NCBI GenBank assembly: GCA_963666345.1
Contig: OY762721.1
Coordinates: 416,001-480,000 of the forward strand
From: Desulfatiglandales bacterium
Lineage (GTDB): Bacteria > Desulfobacterota > DSM-4660 > Desulfatiglandales > Desulfatiglandaceae
DNA length: 64,000 nucleotides
Direction: 5' to 3'
Position 1 is the first letter of the stretch. Every line of letters starts with the position of its first letter. The translations under genes and the position numbers were made by a program. Below the pieces are notes generated by a model, which did not search any database, was not told the DNA's origin, and saw nothing but the letters and a program-made list of their open reading frames with translations. This document shows, piece by piece, positions 1-8,639 of the stretch.

Positions 1-1
1 T

Positions 2-94
2 ATCCCCTCCCATCTGATTCTCAAGCAAGAGCCCATAGCAGACTGCCACCGCTATGAACGTTTGGTAAGGGAGGGATACCATGCTGCGCAATGA
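2..94 (+). CDS. istA: IS21 transposase IstA, C-terminal fragment (partial)
   Basis: Frame from base 2 reads [30 protein letters not shown]; the EPxADCxRY tail is typical of IstA, and the stop lies just inside the istB start region. Confidence 0.7.
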   Translation: MPSHLILKQEPIADCHRYERLVREGYHAAQ

Positions 95-812
95 TATCAT
101 GGACCATATGGAAAAACTAAAGTTGCGGGGTATGCAGTCCATTTATGATGAAGTTGTCTCCAATGGACGCAAGACCCATTCAACTCCTGAAAAGGTAATC
201 CTGGAACTGCTCAAGGCTGAAGCTGCCGAAAGATATATAAGGAGTATCCGATATCGTATGGGACAGGCCAGGTTTCCTGTCCTTAAAGATATCGATGGCT
301 TTGATTTTAACGGGGCCTGTGTTGATGAAGCCCAGATTAGGTCTATTTATCAGGGTGATTTTATAGCCGAACATATCAACCTGATTTTTGTAGGTGGCAC
401 CGGTACGGGCAAAACCCATTTAGCCATAACTATAGCGGCCCAGGCCATAAGGAATGGCAGGAAGTGCAAGTTTTATAACCTGGTGGATCTGGCAAATGAG
501 CTTGAGCAGGAAAAAATGATTGGATTGGCCGGCAAAATCACAGCAAGACTACTTCGATTTGATCTTGTGGTCCTCGATGAACTGGGTTATCTGCCTTTTT
601 CCAAAAACGGCAGTCAACTGCTCTTTCATCTTATATCAAAACTCTACGAACAGACATCCATAGTGATTACCACCAACTTGACCTTCGGTGAATGGCCCCA
701 AGTCTTTGGAGATAAAAAGATGACTACGGCCATGCTTGATCGATTGACTCATCATTGTGAAATTATAGAAACAGGTAACGAAAGCTGGAGAATGAAACAC
801 GCAGCTTCATAG
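81..812 (+). CDS. istB: IS21 helper AAA+ ATPase IstB
   Basis: Walker [10 protein letters not shown], Walker [15 protein letters not shown] motif, LDRLTHH. Confidence 0.95.
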   Translation: MLRNDIMDHMEKLKLRGMQSIYDEVVSNGRKTHSTPEKVILELLKAEAAERYIRSIRYRMGQARFPVLKDIDGFDFNGACVDEAQIRSIYQGDFIAEHINLIFVGGTGTGKTHLAITIAAQAIRNGRKCKFYNLVDLANELEQEKMIGLAGKITARLLRFDLVVLDELGYLPFSKNGSQLLFHLISKLYEQTSIVITTNLTFGEWPQVFGDKKMTTAMLDRLTHHCEIIETGNESWRMKHAAS

Positions 813-864
813 ATAAAGAAGGGATCAACTACTCAACTATTTAACCATATTTTTTTCTCAGGGG

Positions 865-915
865 TGGGTCAATTTTGGACGCCGATGATGGGTCAATTTT
901 CAACGCCTATTGACA
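865..915 (+). repeat. IS21 right terminal repeats
   Basis: TGGGTCAATTTTGGACGCCGAT (865-886) and TGGGTCAATTTTCAACGCCTAT (889-910), followed by TGACA. Confidence 0.9.
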
Positions 916-967
916 ATTTTCGACCCTGCTTCCAACCTGACTCAAAAATTTCCCGGCGTGTAGATTA

Positions 968-1678
968 TCATCTCTTAAATGCGTTGCCCCCCATAACCCT
1001 TCCAATCGCTATAGGGCACGTCCGCGGTTTTTTCTTTCGACTGGACCAGTAAACCGCGACAGGGGCACCCGACTTATCGACCCTGAGCCAGACGGTTCCA
1101 ACGCCCACACCGCTATCGCCTTTCCTCCGCGTATCGCGTGCGTGCCCGCTGCGGGATGAATCAAGTATAACCACACGAACAGCCCCGTCTTTTTCCTTAA
1201 CAGGCCTTTTCATAACAATAGCAACATGCCCTGTACTCCCTTTCCGGGGGCAGGGCTCCCTTTTCCAGGCAATGAAATCACCCGGCTCCGCCTCCACCAG
1301 CTTAAGGACGCGCTGCCAGCCTTTACGGGTATCTTTGGTCGGCGCCTCTAAAAAGGTGTCGTAAAAATTTGCCGCGCGTGCGTGCGTACGGTTTGCATCA
1401 GCCGTCACAAGGGAAAGGGATGCGGGTGCGGCCCTTTTGAGGATGTAGCAGGCAAGAGAAGAGCAATCCAGGATATAGGTCCCTGATTTTTCATCCACCC
1501 TGGCCTTATGGCTGTACCGGCTAGATCTGAGGTTGGAAACTATCCGCCTTGCCTCATTAAAGACCCGGGATGAAGAAGATGGGGAAACTGAGGTAATTTT
1601 TTGTTCCGAAGGGCAAGATCCTGAAGGGAAAAACAGGAAAAGAAAGATGAGGGCTATTTGAATAATGCATTTTTTCAT
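968..1678 (-). CDS. Exported CHAP/NlpC-P60-like (papain-fold) hypothetical amidase
   Basis: Hydrophobic N-terminus (MKKCIIQIALIFLFLFF), DCSS and GHVAIV Cys/His motifs, PGD motif; start placed at ATG 1678. Confidence 0.6.
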   Translation of the reverse strand: MKKCIIQIALIFLFLFFPSGSCPSEQKITSVSPSSSSRVFNEARRIVSNLRSSRYSHKARVDEKSGTYILDCSSLACYILKRAAPASLSLVTADANRTHARAANFYDTFLEAPTKDTRKGWQRVLKLVEAEPGDFIAWKREPCPRKGSTGHVAIVMKRPVKEKDGAVRVVILDSSRSGHARDTRRKGDSGVGVGTVWLRVDKSGAPVAVYWSSRKKKPRTCPIAIGRVMGGNAFKR

Positions 1679-1761
1679 ATGACATTTAACCTGGAGCCCA
1701 GCCACCTTGACCCCCTATTCAGCGCGATTCAAGACGATCTGATCGGGATATGAACTTTAAA

Positions 1762-2220
1762 TTACAGCGACTTTCCGCTTATAATGCTATCGTATTTTTC
1801 CTTTTTAAGTACATGGTAAGTGCCGGTGGCGGTGGTGCACGCGGCCTTTTCACTGTTTAGGAGTTCGGCAAGCATTTTCACCTTTGCCCCCTTCCTTGAC
1901 AGTACGCGGCATGTAACTCTTATCTTCTCCCCTGATACATAAACGGGCATCAGGAACCTAACCTCAAGGCCTGAGGTGACGGCCATCTCCTTTGTGAAGA
2001 CATAACAGGTCCATCCCATTATCTCGTCAAGAAGACCCATCTGGATTCCGCCATGAAGGATCTTCCCCTGGCCTACAAAATATTGAGACGGCCGGTATTC
2101 AGTTGATACCTCCTTCTGTTTTTCATCACAGTAAAATTTCAGCTTGAGTCCATTTTCGTTGTCTCTTCCGCAGAAAAAACAGCTATTATCAGGATATGGA
2201 TCAGCTATTAGCTTTTTCAT
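1762..2220 (-). CDS. PaaI-family hotdog thioesterase
   Basis: CFFCGxxNxxGL and HGG...LLDE motifs. Confidence 0.9.
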   Translation of the reverse strand: MKKLIADPYPDNSCFFCGRDNENGLKLKFYCDEKQKEVSTEYRPSQYFVGQGKILHGGIQMGLLDEIMGWTCYVFTKEMAVTSGLEVRFLMPVYVSGEKIRVTCRVLSRKGAKVKMLAELLNSEKAACTTATGTYHVLKKEKYDSIISGKSL

Positions 2221-2230
2221 AGAATCTCCA

Positions 2231-2875
2231 TTACGTTTTCAAGAGGAAAATCTCAACCCGCTCCTTTCCTTTCCCGATATTCTTTCTTTTCAATCTTATG
2301 TCTCCCACTTCGCCAGTCTTTTTAAGGTGCGTGCCGCCGCACGCAACTTGGGCAAAACCATCTACTTCCCAGCACCGCCTCTCATTCTCCTCATTAATGA
2401 AAAAACTTCTGATGACGCGGTTTGATTCAACGATCCTGTCCACACCGACCGCGATTTCAGGCAGCAAAGAAGAAATGCTTTCAGGCCATCTGAAATCAAT
2501 TCTCGCCTTGTTTTCCCCTATGTGAGCACCTATCTTTTGTACTCCCTGCAGGCTCTTATACATAAGTTCAAGTACAATTTCCGCTGCAAAGTGAAGGCGC
2601 ATGAGCCTGTATCTCCGCCCCCATTCTATGCGAACCGTTACAGTATCGCCTTGCTTGAGCAAATGATCTTCGCTAAGTCGATACTCGATTTTCCTTCCGA
2701 GCCTGGAAGCCGAGACTACCTGATAACTTCCGATCGTTCCTCTGTCGCTTTCCTGCCCGCCGGAAAACGCGTAGAACACGGTTTCTTCAACCGAAACATC
2801 CGGGCCTTTAACAGATGTTATAAAGGTCTCATTGCTCGTCTGATATGGATCTTTCCAGAATAGTTTCTTTGTCAT
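2231..2875 (-). CDS. alaX: AlaX-type alanyl-tRNA editing protein
   Basis: LFWKDPY N-terminus, FYAxSGGQxSDxG, CGGTH; the HxxxH motif reads HFAAE. Confidence 0.85.
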   Translation of the reverse strand: MTKKLFWKDPYQTSNETFITSVKGPDVSVEETVFYAFSGGQESDRGTIGSYQVVSASRLGRKIEYRLSEDHLLKQGDTVTVRIEWGRRYRLMRLHFAAEIVLELMYKSLQGVQKIGAHIGENKARIDFRWPESISSLLPEIAVGVDRIVESNRVIRSFFINEENERRCWEVDGFAQVACGGTHLKKTGEVGDIRLKRKNIGKGKERVEIFLLKT

Positions 2876-3172
2876 CAGATTAACCGTTTTATATCAGAAA
2901 ATCATTAGTTGAGTGGAGGCCGACCCGACCGTCAGGACTCTTTGCCGCTCACCCAATTTTTTACAGGCGGCTGAAGGTCATTGTGATCTTTCAGCCGATT
3001 TATTAAGCGCTCCTTTTGTTGCCTAACTTGACATCTACCTGGATTGTATAGCAATCTATAAAAATAAAGCTTGGAGAACAGACGTCTTACCGAAATTTTC
3101 AGCATTGTGATTTTCATCAGCGTATCATGGAGACACCCGGACCTTGGTCCTTAAGTGAAAGGAGACCATTAA

Positions 3173-3493
3173 ATGATGAAGAAAATCGAGACCTGTGAGA
3201 AAAACGGTTTTAATGAAGAAAGAATGTCAAATTTTCTGGTGCATGACTCCCCCTACATGAAGGTCTTAAGCTTCAATTTCAGGGGTGGACAGGACCTGCC
3301 GATCCACTCGCATGACATAGACGGGCAGTTGTGCCTGGTTGTAATTGAAGGCAAAGGGCAGTTTCTGGGAAAAGACGGCAGCACTAGTTCCGCAAAGCCT
3401 GGAGACGTTCTCATATCAGATATCAGCGAGCCGCACGGCCTGCGAGCGTCCACCGACATGCGCGTGCTGGTCACGATAGCTCCGCCCATATGA
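3173..3493 (+). CDS. Cupin-domain protein
   Basis: GQDLPIHSH...EGKG...PGD...PHG cupin motifs; GGAG RBS upstream. Confidence 0.85.
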   Translation: MMKKIETCEKNGFNEERMSNFLVHDSPYMKVLSFNFRGGQDLPIHSHDIDGQLCLVVIEGKGQFLGKDGSTSSAKPGDVLISDISEPHGLRASTDMRVLVTIAPPI

Positions 3494-3529
3494 TTCTTCT
3501 CATAAGGAACCACGGGAGATGAAACGGAT

Positions 3530-3841
3530 CTAAAAGGTAACCACCTTATCCGCCTCCATTGACAGTTCATACAGGTCGTCCATCCACCCGATAGGACATG
3601 AACTCGATCCCACCAGACCGTGGGATTTCATGCAGACGCCTCAGACGTAAAAGTCACCTTCAAATTGATTCATCTGTCCAAGCACATCGAACTGTTCCGT
3701 GCCCGCGGTCTCGAATTTAACCCCTTTTCCGAGCATAAAGACGCTTGTTTCATCACCCTTTTTTACGGCCACATTGGCAAGTCTCATGGCATTGTAGATC
3801 GTCTCGCCGTCATCCGTTGAAATGATAAAAAGGACGTTCAT
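3530..3841 (-). CDS. DsrE/DsrF-family probable selenoprotein (Sec67, UGVC motif), 103 aa
   Basis: The 66-aa ORF stops at TGA (3641-3643) but continues in frame as GVCMKSHGLVGSSSCPIGWMDDLYELSMEADKVVTF-TAG, a complete DsrE-family C-terminus; SECIS-like hairpin downstream. Confidence 0.85.
3607..3626 (-). promoter_or_regulatory. Bacterial SECIS-like hairpin for the DsrE-family selenoprotein
   Basis: Minus strand AUCCCAC-GGUCUG-GUGGGAU, a perfect 7-bp stem whose loop starts 22 nt after the UGA. Confidence 0.8.
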
Positions 3842-4112
3842 AGGGTTTCCCCTGTTTCAGAAAATTCCTGTCTTTTCAATTTTTAATTTTCTCCATTTCC
3901 TACTGTCCCTGTCGCTCTACCCTCCGGAAGTTCCACCCGACCCTGTACCTGGTTTTTCCCTCCTCTTTCGGCTTTTTTTTCATCCTCGGAGTCATCTTGT
4001 CTATCTTGATCACGATCGAGCCGGGGATACCCTCCTTTTCCCATGAATGACTCCAGCTGGTCCAGGGTCTCTAAAAACAGCACAGGCGAAGATTCAATGT
4101 TTTCCAGACATG

Positions 4113-7100
4113 CTATTTCTGCATGAGCACCATGTTTACCATGGATTTTTGCCCGGTCCCCGTTGCCTTGATCATTATCTGGGACGCGCCCTTTTTAAGC
4201 TGAATCACTGCGAGAGGCCCTTGGGCCATGGACATCCCTGGCTTCCATCCCTTGGCGCTCAAGGCCTTCTTATAGAAATTGATCACATCTTCAGGGCCTG
4301 CCGGTGCCTCCAGATCGGCCGTACTGTTGGGGCCGAATGTCTTCTCCTTTAACACCTTGGCGCCCGGATAAAGCGGAGCCTCACCGTTTAACAGTTCACC
4401 ACCGCCGGTCTCCTGTTCGGACGTCCCTACTGATGCGCCTTTATCACCGCCAGTTTTGGGTAAGGGAGCAACCTTCGGCTGGGCCACAGGCGCAGGTGCG
4501 GCAGGTTCTTTTTCCACAGGGAACTTTGCATTGACCGTAAGAGTCTTGCCCGATTCCAACTGAATATCCCTGATCTCCCGCACTGACCCCTCCTTTCGGT
4601 CTTCGACCTTGACGTAGTAGACACCGGGAAGAAGTCTGTATTCAGCAGGCCTTCCGTCCGCCCGGGCCCAGCCGTCTCCCATGTACTTGTCATCCTTTTG
4701 CTGGTAGAGCTTGACATAAGCCTTGTAAGACACACCGTTTTTGGTGGCCTTGACATTGAGAACTCCCCCTGCAACAAAGCTTGCAAACCTTTCAACCGTC
4801 TTATCCGGCTTGACCTCCACGTTTTCTATAATGACCTCAGGCCGCTGTTTAACGCTTGTGTCCTGGATCAAGATCTTGTAGATACCCGGCAGAAGTTTGT
4901 ATTCTACTGGACTACCATCTTCCTTTGTCCAGCCGTCTCCCATGTATTTATTGTCTTCCTGACGAAAGACCTTCACGTAGGCCTTCATTGGTGCGTTATC
5001 TTTGATCGCCTTGACATGAAGGATGCCTCCAGCACCAAAGGTTGCAACTCGTTCCACCGTCTGGCCCGGCTTGACCTCCACGTTTTCAATAGTGACAACA
5101 GGACGCTCCGTCACGCTTGTATCCTGAACCTTTACCTTGTAGAGGCCGGGCAGGAACTTGAACTCCGCAGGCGTGCCGTCCTCCTTAGCCCAGCCGTCTC
5201 TCATATACTTGTTGTCTTCCTGACGAAAGACCTTTACATAGGCTTTCATAGGCGCATTTTTCTTTACAGCCTTTACGTGAAGGATGCCCCCCTCACCAAA
5301 GGTTGCAACTCGTTCAACAGTCTCACCCGGTTTTACCTCTACATTTTCAATAGTGACAACAGGACGCTCCGTCACGCTTGTATCCTGAACCTTTACCTTG
5401 TAGAGGCCGGGCAGGAACTTGAACTCCGCAGGCGTGCCGTCCTCCTTAGCCCAGCCGTCTCTCATATACTTGTTGTCTTCCTGACGAAAGACCTTTACAT
5501 AGGCTTTCATAGGCGCATTTTTCTTTACAGCCTTTACGTGAAGGATGCCCCCCTCACCAAAGGTTGCAACTCGTTCAACAGTCTCACCCGGTTTTACCTC
5601 TACATTTTCAATAGTGACAACAGGACGCTCCGTCACGCTTGTATCCTGAACCTTTACCTTGTAGAGGCCGGACAGGAACTTGAACTCCGCAGGCGTGCCG
5701 TCCTCCTTAGCCCAGCCGTCTCTCATATACTTGTTGTCTTCCTGACGAAAGACCTTTACATAGGCTTTCATAGGTGCATTTTTCTTTACAGCCTTTACGT
5801 GAAGGATGCCTTCGGTAGCAAAATTGGCCACGATCTCAGTGGTCCGGCCCTCAACCACTTCCACATCCTTTATATTCACAGTGGGTCTCTGAATGACACT
5901 CGTATCCTGGGCACAAATATCGTACATCCCCGGGGGAAGACGGAAGGCAGCTGGTTTCTCAGTGCTTGTCCATCCTTCCGCGACCCGTTTTTCCCCACCC
6001 TTGGTCAGAACCTGCACGTAGGCCTTGATAGGTTTTTCGTCTTTGATACATGTCACCTTTAAGCTTATCGGCGGTTTTTCCGCCGCCTTTTTCACTACAG
6101 CCTTTGCCGCCATCTGAAAGTCTTTGGCCGTCTTTGCCGTGAAATACTCACCGCCACCTGCCTTGGCCATGCACTCAAGCTGTGCCTTTTCTTCTTCTGT
6201 GACGTCAAATCCGATGACATGCATTACGAAATTTATCCCTGCCTCCTTGAGATCCTTGACCAGGCCGCAGGGGTCCGGATCACAGGTCTCTTTGCCGTCC
6301 GAAACAAGGATAATGGTGGTTTCGTCCTCCATCTGTTTGATACGCTCAGCCGTCATCCGAACCGACCGGGATATCGGGGTCTTTCCTTTGGGGCTCAGAC
6401 CCTGAACTGTCTTTATAAGTTTCTTCTTGTCTATTTTGCCCAGAGGAACCAGTTCTTCCACGTCGTTGCAGTCACCCTTGCGCCTGTGCCCGTAGGCCAC
6501 CAGGCCCACGACGGAATCATCCGGCAGGTCTTTGATGAGACCGCTCATGACCTCCTTGGCAATGGCGATCTTGGCCTTTCCTTCCACCCGCCCCCACATG
6601 GAGCCTGAGGCATCCAGGATAAACATTATATTGCCGGTAGAGGCCGTCTCTGGTGCTGCCTTTTGAGCGGCCTGGGCAGGTCTTGCAGGAGTGGGAGTTG
6701 TTGTTTTTTGAGCCTGAACTGTTTTTACATCTCCGGTCTCGCTCTTACCCTGGCACGCAAACTGCTCGATCTTGAAGACAATCCTGCCAGCTTCTCCTGA
6801 AAGAGAAAGGGTCCAGGGTTCCATTTCAGGCGGTATCTCCCAGGAGCGGTTCTGGTTATTTTTCAGCGCAAAACGGGCCGATTCGATGGCGTTCTTGTTC
6901 TTGTCCTGAACTATCAGGTTTGCCTTTGATATTGTTCCCGCTGGATTGTCCCCGGTGGCCGTGATCACGATACGTCTGTCAGGATCAAGGGATCGCCCTC
7001 TGCCTGAGCCCTTCTTTACCTCGATTATCTCGACCTTCGGCTTTCCCGGCCTCTTCTTCTTGGTAACCGTCGTTTGATGCCCAATGGCCTTTACCTCTTT

Positions 7101-8045
7101 GCTCCCTTCTCCGAACTGCTCCATTTTCAGACGGATCTGCCCGGACATACCGCTTACGGAAAGTGTCCAGGGCTCTTTTTCGGCAGGGATATCCCAGGTT
7201 CTGGTCTGTTCGTTTTTCAGGGTAAAAACCGCGCCTTCAATTTTTTTGTTCCTTTTATCCTGGACGGTCAGGCCCGCCTCGGACAGATCGCCTTTTGGGT
7301 TATCGCCTGTGGCAGTGATAACGATACTGCGATCAGGATCAAGGGAAATTCCCATCGCAGAGGTCTTCTTGATGACCAGGGTCTTCACGCTGGGCTTCCC
7401 TGATACGTATTTTTCCCGGGACGAGGTTCCGGAGGTAGGTTGGGGGGGACCTGCCGCCATTTCCAGTTTTGTAAAGCCTGCCGGGATCTTGAAAAGATCT
7501 GATTTTACAGTCCCTTCCTTGATATCTTTAAGCTCCATGACAGCGTTTTTGTTCAGTCCGAAGCGTTCCTCCCGGATGAGATGATTGAGCTTTTTTGCGA
7601 TCCAGACCTTGGAGGCAGGTTTTGATTTTCCCGCCTCAATGTACATCACTGTTTTGCATTCATAACCGTTAACAGTTTCGACCGGGCCGGGCTTTTCCGT
7701 CATCCCCTTGCGGGTCATGGTCCATCCGACCAGAGGATTTGTCATCATGGTCTTTTTGATATCGGCAATTTCAACGTATTTTTTCATCTGGGGATTAAGT
7801 CCCCATGTCACACCGGTATCACGGTTTACAATGCTCGGATAGGGAGGCACGTTCATCGGCCCCTTTATCTTCTGGAGTCGGTACATACGGTCTTTGACAT
7901 AGAGCTTATAGAGATATTCTCCTCCCGGTCCGGTTATAGCCATATCGGCCGTGAACTGGACTGCCTGTGCATGCGTAACTGAAAAGAACATGATTGAAAC
8001 GACAAAAAATGCAACCAGGAAACCGAGAAGTCTTTTCTGTACCAT
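4113..8045 (-). CDS. Large exported multidomain vWA protein (DUF4412-like N-terminus, internal duplication, vWA, tandem ~87-aa beta repeats)
   Basis: Signal peptide; MIDAS DASGS...GKTP...SDG; repeated GILHVKAVKKNAPMKAYVKV units; C-terminal PLYPGA...FY...GW domain; GGAGG RBS. Confidence 0.9.
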   Translation of the reverse strand: MVQKRLLGFLVAFFVVSIMFFSVTHAQAVQFTADMAITGPGGEYLYKLYVKDRMYRLQKIKGPMNVPPYPSIVNRDTGVTWGLNPQMKKYVEIADIKKTMMTNPLVGWTMTRKGMTEKPGPVETVNGYECKTVMYIEAGKSKPASKVWIAKKLNHLIREERFGLNKNAVMELKDIKEGTVKSDLFKIPAGFTKLEMAAGPPQPTSGTSSREKYVSGKPSVKTLVIKKTSAMGISLDPDRSIVITATGDNPKGDLSEAGLTVQDKRNKKIEGAVFTLKNEQTRTWDIPAEKEPWTLSVSGMSGQIRLKMEQFGEGSKEVKAIGHQTTVTKKKRPGKPKVEIIEVKKGSGRGRSLDPDRRIVITATGDNPAGTISKANLIVQDKNKNAIESARFALKNNQNRSWEIPPEMEPWTLSLSGEAGRIVFKIEQFACQGKSETGDVKTVQAQKTTTPTPARPAQAAQKAAPETASTGNIMFILDASGSMWGRVEGKAKIAIAKEVMSGLIKDLPDDSVVGLVAYGHRRKGDCNDVEELVPLGKIDKKKLIKTVQGLSPKGKTPISRSVRMTAERIKQMEDETTIILVSDGKETCDPDPCGLVKDLKEAGINFVMHVIGFDVTEEEKAQLECMAKAGGGEYFTAKTAKDFQMAAKAVVKKAAEKPPISLKVTCIKDEKPIKAYVQVLTKGGEKRVAEGWTSTEKPAAFRLPPGMYDICAQDTSVIQRPTVNIKDVEVVEGRTTEIVANFATEGILHVKAVKKNAPMKAYVKVFRQEDNKYMRDGWAKEDGTPAEFKFLSGLYKVKVQDTSVTERPVVTIENVEVKPGETVERVATFGEGGILHVKAVKKNAPMKAYVKVFRQEDNKYMRDGWAKEDGTPAEFKFLPGLYKVKVQDTSVTERPVVTIENVEVKPGETVERVATFGEGGILHVKAVKKNAPMKAYVKVFRQEDNKYMRDGWAKEDGTPAEFKFLPGLYKVKVQDTSVTERPVVTIENVEVKPGQTVERVATFGAGGILHVKAIKDNAPMKAYVKVFRQEDNKYMGDGWTKEDGSPVEYKLLPGIYKILIQDTSVKQRPEVIIENVEVKPDKTVERFASFVAGGVLNVKATKNGVSYKAYVKLYQQKDDKYMGDGWARADGRPAEYRLLPGVYYVKVEDRKEGSVREIRDIQLESGKTLTVNAKFPVEKEPAAPAPVAQPKVAPLPKTGGDKGASVGTSEQETGGGELLNGEAPLYPGAKVLKEKTFGPNSTADLEAPAGPEDVINFYKKALSAKGWKPGMSMAQGPLAVIQLKKGASQIMIKATGTGQKSMVNMVLMQK
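5033..5810. repeat. Intragenic tandem repeat, 261-bp period, about 3 near-identical copies plus diverged flanking copies
   Basis: AGGATG anchors recur at 5020, 5281, 5542 and 5803; the central units differ at only a few bases. Confidence 0.95.
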
Positions 8046-8503
8046 TATTTCCTCCTATAGCCGTTGGTATTTCACATTTCCTATAAGCAGTGGACCCGCG
8101 CTATCGCTGAAAAGGGTTATGAAAGCCCCTCACCCCTACCCTTCTTCACAAATGGGGATAAGGGGTGAAGGTATGAGGGGTTATCGATTAAAAAAAACAG
8201 CCCTTGACATATGGCAAGCAAAAAAACCGCAGGCGGGTATTTCATTTCTCCGTACATATAGAATAGTTCGATTTGTTATATAATAAGGACTGGTTCATAA
8301 AAAGGCATTAAAAATGATCCGTAGTACAAGTTAGCGACCATGATAATGCAATAAATTTAATCATTTTTCAATAAACTCTTTTCCTTATAAATAATTTATT
8401 TAATAAAACAAACCATGGAAACATATACCGATTTAATACATTTGAGTTCATACTAAAAACTCATTCAGGACAAACAGATTTTCCAGTTAGAGACATCACT
8501 AAT

Positions 8504-8548
8504 AAAAATGCCCGAACCGATGAAAATACTATCGGCACGGGCCATTTA
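8504..8548 (-). terminator. Probable intrinsic terminator downstream of the rhodanese gene
   Basis: Minus strand GCCCGTGCCGAT...ATCGGTTCGGGC followed by a T run. Confidence 0.5.
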
Positions 8549-8639
8549 AAGAATCTTATCTATTTGATATAACTATTTAAATGCTGTTACTCTAGAAGAC
8601 ACCGTCGTTAACGCTGAGAAAGCCGTTCTAAATTTTTTC

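Larger units (their letters stand above)
1..915 (+). mobile_element. IS21-family insertion sequence, right part (left end outside the window)
   Basis: istA C-terminal tail overlapping istB, then two tandem ~22-bp subterminal repeats and a terminal TGACA at 911-915 (IS21 ends are TG...CA). Confidence 0.9.

Noticed and set aside
3883..4083. 66-aa low-complexity ORF upstream of the DsrE selenoprotein
   Set aside because: No recognisable motif or convincing RBS
5033..5810. Repeat array as a CRISPR
   Set aside because: 261-bp in-frame coding units with no unique spacers and no cas genes
4698..6062. 454-aa plus-strand ORF with repeats
   Set aside because: Antisense shadow of the vWA protein repeats
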